Shown: positions 50,147-58,514 of the stretch, piece after piece
Layout: each line of letters starts with the position of its first letter
How positions within the stretch are numbered: position 1 is the first letter of the stretch
From: an uncultured Verrucomicrobiota bacterium
GTDB taxonomy: Bacteria; Verrucomicrobiota; Verrucomicrobiia; Limisphaerales; UBA8199
Assembly: GCA_964401575.1 (NCBI GenBank)
Contig: CAYNZC010000005.1
Coordinates: 11,137-75,136, forward strand
Reading direction: 5' to 3'
Length of the DNA stretch: 64,000 bases
Program-made: the position numbers and the translations under genes
Notes under the pieces: model-generated
What the model was told of the DNA's origin: nothing
The model's input: the letters and a program-made list of their open reading frames with translations, nothing else
Databases searched by the model: none

Positions 50147-51978
50147 TGACCTATAAATGCAATCGTCGGGAATTTATCGGGGCGGCGGGCATTTCCACCA
50201 TGTGCATCGGTGGCCTTGATGGCCTTGCGCGATCTTTCTCACTCAACGGGAACTGTCGAATGGCGAGTGTTCATGTGCTTTTTGGCGATGGTGCCCGGGA
50301 AGACGATCGCTCGCGCACGTGGCGTTACATCGAAGAAATCTTTGCCCGTGCGGGTATCTTTTATCGGAGCCATTATGCGGCGGACCTGGACAGAGCCATG
50401 CGAACGCCCGGGTGTATTCTTGTGCTTGCGGGCGATTTGTTGCTAACCGCGAAACAAAGGGGTTCGATTGTCGAATGGGTGAAGAATGGCGGTTTGTTGC
50501 TTGGGCTTGGGGGGAGTTCCGGGCTGACGGAGGTTTTCGGTGTGAAAGCCGAGACGGCTTTGGCTGAAGGATGGATCCGGCCAGCAAAGCAGCCGCATCC
50601 TATCCTGCAGGGGTTGCTAAGCTCGTTGCATGTGTTTGGGGGGCGGACGTTGATGCCGTCCGGCGGGACAGTTCTGGCGGGCATTGAGGGTGGCAGCGCC
50701 TACGTAAAGGGAAGCGCGATCGTGGAAAACCTGTTTGGGAAGGGCCGCGCGGTGCTGATCGGTCCTGATGTGATTTTCTCGATCGTCCATATACAGCAAG
50801 GGTTGCCGGTGTTCCAGGATGCGAAGCCCTCACCGGACAGTTCAGCAGGCCTCAACGACGGCATATTGAAGGCTGAAGACGGGTTTGTGCTTGATTGGGC
50901 ACGTGACCGCTCGGCCGTTCAGCCGGAAGGAAGCATCTTTTTGGAGCCTGTCACCGATGAACTGCGCGAATTGATTCTGCGGAGCCTGTTCTACCTTGCC
51001 AGTGAAAGCGGCAGCAGCCTGCCCCTGCTATGGCAATGGCCCGGCAAAGCCAGGGCAGTCGCGATGATGTCTCATGATACGGACGGAAACGAACCAGCCA
51101 AGGCCGGGGCGCTCCTGGACGTCGTGAAACGCTGCGGCATCAAAACCACCTGGTGCATTCTTTATCCGGGCGGTTATCCGAAACAGTTTTATCGTCAACT
51201 CGTAAAGGAGGATTGCGAAGTGGCGCTGCATTATGATGCCCTGGGGGGCGGGGAAAAGACCTCGTGGTCGTGGCAGAACTTTGTTTTTCAGCAGCAATGG
51301 CTGATGCGTGAGGCTGAAGTGAACCGTATTGTCACGAACAAAAACCATTATACGCGATGGGAAGGGCGGCTTGATCTTTGGCGCTGGTGTGAACGAGCAG
51401 GCATTCGTGCCGACCAGACCCGCGGGCCCAGCAAGAAAGGCACGATTGGATTTCCGCTTGGGGGTTCTCAGCCGTATTATCCATTGGACGATTCAAGCAA
51501 ACGGCCCCGACTGATGGATGTGCTTGAAGTCAATCTTCTTACTCAGGATCACGTTGTTACCTGCCCGCCGGAATATGGGCCTCAACTGGTTGAATCTGTC
51601 TTGCGCCATAACGGTGTTGCCCACTTTCTCTTTCATCCTGCGCACATCCAAAAACCGGGCGTGACCGCAGCATTTGAAAACCTGGTTGAGCAGGCGAGAA
51701 GCCAGGGACTGGAATGGTGGACCAGCAGTCAAATTGTGGATTGGGAGCAGCGCAGGCGCTCGATTAAGGGGAGGCAGGATCGCGATGGGCTGCACATAGC
51801 GGCTGCAAGAGAAGAGGGGGCGACGCTACTGATGCTAAGGCCGGGGGGACGAGAAGGCAGAGTGGAGGTAAACGGTGATGCAGCCGCGACGACGCCGTGG
51901 AGACTTTACGGGTTCGAGTTCTCTGCAATTCGCCTGCCCGCCGGACATGGCGTGAGGGTTGGTTGGAGCGAGGTGTAG
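50143..51978 (+). CDS. Tat-signal-bearing two-domain hypothetical protein (GATase1-like N-domain; deacetylase/TIM-like C-domain)
   Basis: ATGA overlap with the upstream stop. N-terminus MMTYKCNRREFIGAAGISTMCIGG carries a twin-arginine-like motif. ILVLAGDLL...WVKNGGLLLGLGG resembles the ThuA / GH42-M class I GATase-like fold. The domain calls are tentative. Confidence 0.6.
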   Translation: MMTYKCNRREFIGAAGISTMCIGGLDGLARSFSLNGNCRMASVHVLFGDGAREDDRSRTWRYIEEIFARAGIFYRSHYAADLDRAMRTPGCILVLAGDLLLTAKQRGSIVEWVKNGGLLLGLGGSSGLTEVFGVKAETALAEGWIRPAKQPHPILQGLLSSLHVFGGRTLMPSGGTVLAGIEGGSAYVKGSAIVENLFGKGRAVLIGPDVIFSIVHIQQGLPVFQDAKPSPDSSAGLNDGILKAEDGFVLDWARDRSAVQPEGSIFLEPVTDELRELILRSLFYLASESGSSLPLLWQWPGKARAVAMMSHDTDGNEPAKAGALLDVVKRCGIKTTWCILYPGGYPKQFYRQLVKEDCEVALHYDALGGGEKTSWSWQNFVFQQQWLMREAEVNRIVTNKNHYTRWEGRLDLWRWCERAGIRADQTRGPSKKGTIGFPLGGSQPYYPLDDSSKRPRLMDVLEVNLLTQDHVVTCPPEYGPQLVESVLRHNGVAHFLFHPAHIQKPGVTAAFENLVEQARSQGLEWWTSSQIVDWEQRRRSIKGRQDRDGLHIAAAREEGATLLMLRPGGREGRVEVNGDAAATTPWRLYGFEFSAIRLPAGHGVRVGWSEV

Positions 51979-52100
51979 TTTCGGGGCAACGCTTTTGTAT
52001 TGTTTGACGCATCTGACTTCTTCCCCTGAAGAGCTTGGCGGACCGGGTGTTCTGAGGTGATCGAGGAGACCACCTTTTCTTGTGGTGGCGAGGCGGTTGA

Positions 52101-52604
52101 TTATCGCCGTGGGTTCGGAGAGCCGGTTGCCTGCCAGGTGGCTATCGTTCTTCCAGCGCTGTCACGCAGCGTTCCTCCTCCCGGGCCTTGCGAAACAGTG
52201 CTTGTAATTCTGCCCGCCGGGTCACGAAACACGGTTCGGTCGCCCGACCCGGAGGCGGTGCCGAGAGTGCGCCCGGCGGGGTCGCGGTAGATCGTCTGGC
52301 TGCCGGACTTTGTTGCCGTGGCGAGAGTCCTTCCGGTGGCATCGCGGAAAATGATGCTGCCCGGTCCTGCGATCGCCGTGCCGACGGTTCTTCCCGTGTT
52401 TTCACGGAAGGTTTTTCGGTTCCTGGTCGTCCGAACCGTGCCGATAGTCCGGCCGGCACGGTCGCGATGGATGGTCGTGGTGTGCGTTCTGCCTTGAAGG
52501 CCCAGGTAGCGGCTCATGTCGTCGGGACCTGGAAAAGCGTTTGTGGCTGCATTCAATACGAGGCTGGCAGCCGCTGAAAGAAGGCAAAACAGTATGGTTC
52601 TCAC
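52101..52604 (-). CDS. Secreted mini-protein of six 20-aa YD-like repeats
   Basis: GTG 52604 is preceded by AGGAGA 4 nt upstream. Signal peptide VRTILFCLLSAAASLVLNA. The repeat units are IHRDRAGRTIGTV.., FRENTGRTVGTA.., FRDATGRTLATA.., YRDPAGRTLGTA.., FRDPAGRITSTV.. and LRDSAGRTIATW.. Confidence 0.65.
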   Translation of the reverse strand: MRTILFCLLSAAASLVLNAATNAFPGPDDMSRYLGLQGRTHTTTIHRDRAGRTIGTVRTTRNRKTFRENTGRTVGTAIAGPGSIIFRDATGRTLATATKSGSQTIYRDPAGRTLGTASGSGDRTVFRDPAGRITSTVSQGPGGGTLRDSAGRTIATWQATGSPNPRR

Positions 52605-52660
52605 ATGGTCTCCTGATAAAGAGACGCGCGCGGGCAGATAATCATTCAAAAACGCCTTTG

Positions 52661-53365
52661 CTATTTGAGCAGGCGGGAGTTTTGTCTAAGCCACGTTTCG
52701 GCGGATTTCCAGCCTGGGCACGCACGATCCACGTCCTGCCAAAAGCAGTCTGAATGGTTCATGTGGCGCAGATGTGTCAGTTCGTGAATAATGATGTAGT
52801 CACGAACGAAGGGTGGGACTTGAATGAGCCGCCAGTTCAGAGAGATAGTGCCACGCCTGGAGCAGGAGCCCCAGCGAGAACGCTGGTTGCGCACGGTGAC
52901 GCGCTTCACCGGCAGTGCAGCCACTGCGTTCAACTGGGCGACGCGAAGCGGCAAAGAATCACATGCAATCTGCCACAACCCCGTCTCAATCAACGGCTGT
53001 AGATCATGACCTTCCCCCGGCCAGTCGCAGATTGGCGTCTGGCCGACGCATATGCGGGGCGTTTCCAGTGATGTATCGAGGCGGATCGGGGTGGGTTCGC
53101 CGTGGAGCAGCACCAGTGTCCCGATTTTGCAGGAGTGAGCTTCGGATTGACGGGCTTTAACCTTCTTCATTTGTTCTTCGAGCCATTGAGAATGACGCTT
53201 GACGAAAGCCAGGCCACTTTCCCGGGTTCCGAACGCCGGGATTGTTAACATGGCCGTTCCTTCCCTGCTCACGCGCAATATGTAACGTCGCGCCCTGCGA
53301 TTTGTTCTCACTCGAACAGGCACGGCTGGAAAAGCCGGAGATACTGTCAGACTCACCTCGCCCAT
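52661..53365 (-). CDS. YgjP-like DUF45 / M48-type zinc metallohydrolase
   Basis: RSRWGSCSRRGTISLNWRLIQVPPFVRDYIIIHELTHLRHMNH carries an HExxH motif. Confidence 0.8.
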   Translation of the reverse strand: MGEVSLTVSPAFPAVPVRVRTNRRARRYILRVSREGTAMLTIPAFGTRESGLAFVKRHSQWLEEQMKKVKARQSEAHSCKIGTLVLLHGEPTPIRLDTSLETPRICVGQTPICDWPGEGHDLQPLIETGLWQIACDSLPLRVAQLNAVAALPVKRVTVRNQRSRWGSCSRRGTISLNWRLIQVPPFVRDYIIIHELTHLRHMNHSDCFWQDVDRACPGWKSAETWLRQNSRLLK

Positions 53366-54285
53366 TGGTGGAACAGATCTTTGATTACGGCGTGCTTGGC
53401 AGGGCTGGCCGTCTCCGATTGGTGGCAGTAGATCAGGACGCCGTCAGCCACCTGCCGTCCGAGCAGCATCACCTGCCGAACGTACTCGGGCGATGAATCG
53501 TTCAGTCTGGAATGCCTGGTCGCGTAAACATCAACGAAAATTGGCATAGACGGGCCGAACAGCTTGCGCATAGCCGCCACTTCGGCTTCGAGTGTGTCGT
53601 AATCTGTGAGGTTCATTTCGCCGGCCTCATGGCGGTAAGGGAAGAGGACGCCATCAATCAAATCGCGGTATGCCTGCGCAAACGGCAGCTTTGCGTGGCG
53701 GTAGTAAATGCAAGGCACAAAGGCCAGTCGGGGGTTGATCCTGCGGGCCGGTTCAAGAATCCCAGCCATGCGCTCGGGAGTCAGCACCTTGCCGTTGTGT
53801 GAGAAGTCGTCGAGGCTCCATGCGACAAGATTCGGGTGTTTCCTGCTCAGACGGGCGATTTCGACGGCCCACTGCTCATAGTCCAGCCGAAAGGGCTCCG
53901 AGTAGAATTTGCTTGTGGGGGGCGACTCCGACGGCGGCACCAACGTGATCCACACGCGTATCTCCAAACGGCTAGCCAGCGGAAGGAATTCTTTGAGATC
54001 TTCCCAGTCGCTTTTTCCGGTCCAGATCAGCCAGTTGTAAGTTTGGGCCTTGATCGCGTGCAACTCATTTGCGAGTCGGTGCACGTCCACCCTGCCGTTT
54101 GCAAGGCGCGGTGCGCCGGCATAAGTTCCGAACGTGCCCCGGATGGCCTCCTTTCGTCCGGCAGCAGCCGCTGCCTGTGTGTCGGCCGGTGTCCTGCAAC
54201 CGGTCAGTGCAACGACAGCCAGCAGCATCGAGCATATCAGGGTGGCAAAGGAGAATCTCTCCGGAGCAGTTGGATCTAAACTCAT
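53353..54285 (-). CDS. Lipoprotein, possibly glycoside-hydrolase-like TIM barrel, unknown function
   Basis: Lipobox LAVVALTGC. No motif was recognised with confidence. Confidence 0.55.
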   Translation of the reverse strand: MSLDPTAPERFSFATLICSMLLAVVALTGCRTPADTQAAAAAGRKEAIRGTFGTYAGAPRLANGRVDVHRLANELHAIKAQTYNWLIWTGKSDWEDLKEFLPLASRLEIRVWITLVPPSESPPTSKFYSEPFRLDYEQWAVEIARLSRKHPNLVAWSLDDFSHNGKVLTPERMAGILEPARRINPRLAFVPCIYYRHAKLPFAQAYRDLIDGVLFPYRHEAGEMNLTDYDTLEAEVAAMRKLFGPSMPIFVDVYATRHSRLNDSSPEYVRQVMLLGRQVADGVLIYCHQSETASPAKHAVIKDLFHQWAR

Positions 54286-54340
54286 GATTTCAAGTTACAG
54301 ATATGACACTGTGAGCAAAAGAGATAAGTGGCTGGGGATC

Positions 54341-56779
54341 TCAATTCGAGGCCTCAAAAGGCTCGGCCACCTGCGCGCTATTGATTCTGTAACCGTGGTC
54401 AGTGAACTCGATCGTTGTCACTCCCGCCTGGCTTGTGCAGAGCAGCTTGGCGCCTGAGGCTCGCAGGCGGTTTGTGACCGATGATTTCACTCGGCTGTAA
54501 GAGGGGCGGATGCTGTCGCCAATGATTATCAGCGCGGGCTGTATTTTCGCGATCAGAGCGTCGCACAGGGGTTCTCCGTCATCCGGTAGGCCCGCAATTA
54601 CGATTTCCGCCTGAAGATCGGCGGCCCTGTTGAGGAGCGTCTCCTGGCCGGCGCGGTTGAGATCCGGCAGGAGCAGGACTCTTGTGCCTCTTAGGTTCGT
54701 TGCCAGCACCAGTGCCGCCGCGTCAGCCTGGGGCGCCTTGTCTGTGTCCATTGGATGCAGGATGTGCCACGGGCCGATATCGTGACCGAGAAAAACCTCG
54801 TGCAGAAGACTCTTTGCGCGGAAGTGGTCGATACATCGCCTGTAAACCGGAGAGCGAAACTTCAAGGGGCTTGCGCATGCAGTCTGGATTTTGAATACCG
54901 CTTCGACGAGTTGTGCCCCGCCTATGTGCTGGGCGTCACCGTGAGTCATGGCGAATCGGTGAATGGTGTTAACGCCCCGTGCGCGCAGGTAGGGGACGAC
55001 CAGGCGCTCGACAGGGTTGGTCCTGCCGCAGTCGATGAGGATGTGTTCACCGGCGGCCATGCCATAGATTGCCATTCCGCCATCGACAGGGAGGACTGTC
55101 AAAGAGGTGGTTTTTACGGAGTTGTAATGGAGGCTGGAAAAAATGGCTATGCAGGCGACAGGGGCGCTGCCCAATACGTACCAGCGCCGGGGTTTTTGCA
55201 GGAGCCATCCGGAAAACACACCCAGAAGCAGCGTGTAATATGCGGCGAGCTCAAGGGGGGACAAGGCCCTCACGTGCAGGGCTCCCCAGGCCTGGCTGGA
55301 CCAGATTTCGCTGAGGGTCACAATGCGCTGCATTGTCATTACCGCCACCTGGTTCAGCAGCTCGGTTATCGGTGGAATCCAGTGGCCGCACACCAGGCTG
55401 CCCATGTTGCATCCGAGAGCGATGTTGCTGAGAGGGACGATGACAACGTTGGCGAGCAGAGTCACCGGGGTGAAAAGGTGGAAGTAGTAGATTGTCAGAG
55501 GCATTGCTCCCAGCCATGCTGCCAGGGAGATGCCAAGAGCATTCGTCAGCCAGCGTACCGGGGTGTAGGACCAGCGCTGCCACTTCGGGACGAGGTCAGG
55601 CGGCAACATTGGGTCGTGTCGAAGGAATCGGTCTCGAATGGCTTCGATCCGCGGCAGCAGGAGAGCAATGCTCAGGACAACGAAGAACGAAAGTTGGAAA
55701 CTCGCGCCGAATAGCTGTTGCGGATCCCACACGAGGATGACAAGCGCTGCCGCGCAGAGAGAGTTGATCAGGTCGGTCGGTCTGACCAGCACCCACCCTC
55801 CGATGACAACACTGATCATGAGGGCCGCGCGGATGGCTGAGGGTTGCCACCCCGTGGCGCCGGTGTAGAACCAGATCAACGGGAGAGCGATCATTCCGCA
55901 CCATGAGCGGGGGAGGCCAAAGAAGCGGAGAAGGAAGAGCAGCATCGCCGAGATCAGGGCCACGTGAAGGCCGGATACGGCGAAAATATGCATCGTGCCT
56001 GTTTTGATAAAGGGATCGTAATACTCCGGGTCCAGCGTTGATCGCGCTCCGAGTGTCATCGAAAGGAGGAGAAGAAGGGGTTTGCCGGGTTCGGCAATTC
56101 CACGGGTCAGCACGGAACTGGCCCATGTGACAAACCGTTGTGAGCATCCGGCGGGCATTTCCCGGCGGATCACCCAGTCGTTGCTTCCGCTGGCACCAAG
56201 TTGAAAGTGAATGTATTGCCGAGACAGATACTTGCGGTAATCCAATAATCCATCCGCTTCCGGCCCCGGTGGATGTGCCAGCACTCCGGTGATTTCCACT
56301 TCGGCGCCCTTTCCGAAAGTTTTCGGCAGGGCCCCCGGAGTTGTGACGAGAACACGCCCTTCGACGGGCATCCATTCGCCCCCGGGCAGCCGGACCGAAT
56401 GCGTTTCCATCCATGCCAGTGTCCGGGTGGATGGGCGGTTTTCATAGTTACGGATGCGTTCCTCGGGGCTCCAGAAGAGCTTTCCCCGCAACGTGGCGAA
56501 TTGGGGTTCGCCGCTGTATTTCTGCCGAAGATCCAGAGGCGAAACAAGGTCGGCGCGCCATGCCAGGTTTATCCATCCTCCCAGACAGACAAGCGTGAGG
56601 ACGACGCTGACGCCCGCGAAAGCCAACGAGTTCGTGGCGGTCCTGCGCAACAGAAGGAATGCAACAACGAGAAGAGACATTGCCGCCGCAAAGAGAAGCA
56701 ACACCGGCGGATGGAGGTGATCCGCCAGCAACAACCCTGCCGCGTATGAGATTACCACTGGAACGAGCGGCCGCTTCAT
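54341..56779 (-). CDS. comEC: ComEC/Rec2 DNA internalisation channel with C-terminal metallo-beta-lactamase domain
   Basis: N-terminal TM and OB region, a polytopic competence domain (GTMHIFAVSGLHVALI) and the MBL motif MTHGDAQHIGG. Confidence 0.88.
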   Translation of the reverse strand: MKRPLVPVVISYAAGLLLADHLHPPVLLLFAAAMSLLVVAFLLLRRTATNSLAFAGVSVVLTLVCLGGWINLAWRADLVSPLDLRQKYSGEPQFATLRGKLFWSPEERIRNYENRPSTRTLAWMETHSVRLPGGEWMPVEGRVLVTTPGALPKTFGKGAEVEITGVLAHPPGPEADGLLDYRKYLSRQYIHFQLGASGSNDWVIRREMPAGCSQRFVTWASSVLTRGIAEPGKPLLLLLSMTLGARSTLDPEYYDPFIKTGTMHIFAVSGLHVALISAMLLFLLRFFGLPRSWCGMIALPLIWFYTGATGWQPSAIRAALMISVVIGGWVLVRPTDLINSLCAAALVILVWDPQQLFGASFQLSFFVVLSIALLLPRIEAIRDRFLRHDPMLPPDLVPKWQRWSYTPVRWLTNALGISLAAWLGAMPLTIYYFHLFTPVTLLANVVIVPLSNIALGCNMGSLVCGHWIPPITELLNQVAVMTMQRIVTLSEIWSSQAWGALHVRALSPLELAAYYTLLLGVFSGWLLQKPRRWYVLGSAPVACIAIFSSLHYNSVKTTSLTVLPVDGGMAIYGMAAGEHILIDCGRTNPVERLVVPYLRARGVNTIHRFAMTHGDAQHIGGAQLVEAVFKIQTACASPLKFRSPVYRRCIDHFRAKSLLHEVFLGHDIGPWHILHPMDTDKAPQADAAALVLATNLRGTRVLLLPDLNRAGQETLLNRAADLQAEIVIAGLPDDGEPLCDALIAKIQPALIIIGDSIRPSYSRVKSSVTNRLRASGAKLLCTSQAGVTTIEFTDHGYRINSAQVAEPFEASN

Positions 56780-57030
56780 TCTGTGGCACTGAAGGATAGT
56801 GCCTGCTAACGGGAGGTCAACATTGTGCCGTCTCTGATTGGGATGGACGGCAGTTGCGGGTGAGCGAGGACCTGGAGAACTCGTAGATTGCGCAGACGGG
56901 TGGTCCTGAAGCCCAACCCTTCGGGTGATGGTCGTTGCCGTTTATCGTCTCAAAATGGCGCATTCCAAGCTGCCGCCATATTGGCTCAATCGAATTTGCA
57001 GGAGAGTTTTTCCGACAGGCCCGGAGTTGG

Positions 57031-58425
57031 CTACTCCGGTTCGGCGCTCCCTTCAAGAATGAGCCCCTTCGTTTCCGGAAAATGTTTGTAGAACAGAGCC
57101 AGGACATCTCTCAAATGCCTGGCGTACCTGAAGTGTGCTCCCAGGCCGGTGCGCAGTTCACACTCGTAAATGAACTTGTCGGCGGTCGTCACGTGCTCGA
57201 AAGGATACTCGGTTCCGAGAAGGGTCCAATAAACGTAGGAAGCCTCCCCTTTTTGCAGGCGCTTGAGCGCCGCACGACTTGCCCGGTTGCCGGTTTCGGC
57301 TAGTTCACGCAGCGCCAGTTCCGTCTGCTGAGGCCGGGATTCGTGAGGTGCCTGGTCCAGGGCGAAGTAGAAATTACCCGGCACCAGCGGGCAGTGTTTT
57401 GTGCCGGTGCGATGCCGATTCAAGTCCCTGATTTCGGCGAAACTAATGCCAGACCAGCCGAACCGGACCATTGTCCGGTGGAGCGATGAGCCGATGGGGG
57501 CATAGCGGTTGCTGTGGTTGGCGAGGTCTTGTGTGATTTCCCGGGCGGCAATTCCTTGAGGTGACTCCACTTGCAGGCGCGGTTCCGCTGAGACCGGCGC
57601 GCGGGCGGATTCGCAGGCGGCGCGGATGAGCTTTTCAAACTCGCGGCGAATCGCGTTTTCCCATTCGGGGGTTTTGCGGGCGTGGCGCGTCATTCGCGGG
57701 GCTGATAATTCCAGGTTTTTTCGAATCGCTTCCCCCACAAGACGTGGTTCGGGCAAGGGGTGCGAGAGCAAATTCTGGCACAAGCTCACCCAGCCTCTTG
57801 CAGACATGACGAGCATCACGTTTGTGGAAGCGGCGACCGGCAGGAAGTAGCGCGCCCGGTCAAAAGCATAATTGCGTTTCATTCGCGCAACCTTCTTGCG
57901 GGCGCTGTCGGAGGTGTCGTCAAGCAGGGATCTGGGAATGCCGATGAGATCGGGCTGCTCGAAAGCAAGTTCCTCCCAAAGTGCGAGAGATGCCTGGTAT
58001 GCGCTAAAGCAATCGTCCATGAGGTCGCGCCATTCAGGCAGGTCCCGCTCGGCAATACCGAGTGTGTCGGCTGGGATAAGTCCCTCGGGAGAAATTTTGA
58101 TGTAGCGTGTGGAGGATTCCTGTCCGCCAGCGGTTGGGCAGAGTGTCCAGATGTAGTATGCAAGCCAGATGGATATGTCGTCGATGAAAAGGGCCACCGG
58201 CACCATATCGGCGATCGACTGGTGTCCGTAATCGACCATTTTGAAAATGGAATCAACGGACTTCTCGAGATTTTTCGGGTCAATTTTTGAGAGGATCGCT
58301 TCAAGTCCCTCGTTGTTCCTTGAATAGCGCGCTCCGGTGGCTGCCAGCAATTCCGGCGTGAGCGCCGGGGTATTGGCGTTCGTGGCTGCTTCGCTCGGAC
58401 ATATGGATACGTGAGTGACTTTCAT
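57031..58425 (-). CDS. Tandem-duplicated ThyX-like (flavin-dependent thymidylate synthase fold) protein
   Basis: Half 1 reads YGHQSIADMV...ISIWLAYYIWTLCPTAGGQESSTRYIK, which has S-x-RY but no RHR. Half 2 reads ISFAEIRDLNRHRTGTKH...ELRTGLGAHFRYARH, which has RHR and the C-terminal R...H.. helix. Each half is collinear with my recollection of Thermotoga ThyX. Confidence 0.6.
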   Translation of the reverse strand: MKVTHVSICPSEAATNANTPALTPELLAATGARYSRNNEGLEAILSKIDPKNLEKSVDSIFKMVDYGHQSIADMVPVALFIDDISIWLAYYIWTLCPTAGGQESSTRYIKISPEGLIPADTLGIAERDLPEWRDLMDDCFSAYQASLALWEELAFEQPDLIGIPRSLLDDTSDSARKKVARMKRNYAFDRARYFLPVAASTNVMLVMSARGWVSLCQNLLSHPLPEPRLVGEAIRKNLELSAPRMTRHARKTPEWENAIRREFEKLIRAACESARAPVSAEPRLQVESPQGIAAREITQDLANHSNRYAPIGSSLHRTMVRFGWSGISFAEIRDLNRHRTGTKHCPLVPGNFYFALDQAPHESRPQQTELALRELAETGNRASRAALKRLQKGEASYVYWTLLGTEYPFEHVTTADKFIYECELRTGLGAHFRYARHLRDVLALFYKHFPETKGLILEGSAEPE

Positions 58426-58514
58426 CCACCGCCATTATGTGATGAAGAGGGCAGGAGGCAAATCACGATTGCGCGAGGGCATCTTTTTCCTTTTGCGGCG
58501 TTGCGAGTTGGCCC

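Noticed and set aside
54755-56414. ORFs 54755..55714 (+) and 55596..56414 (-) inside comEC
   Set aside because: These are alternative frames of a well-supported 812-aa ComEC CDS.
56780-57030. 251-nt gap between the ThyX-like gene and comEC, with small ORFs (56817..57107 minus, 56888..57091 plus)
   Set aside because: The ORFs overlap the ThyX-like 3' end and have non-protein-like composition. The region holds only short hairpins (56785-56803, 57021-57039), and no recognisable RNA family was seen.
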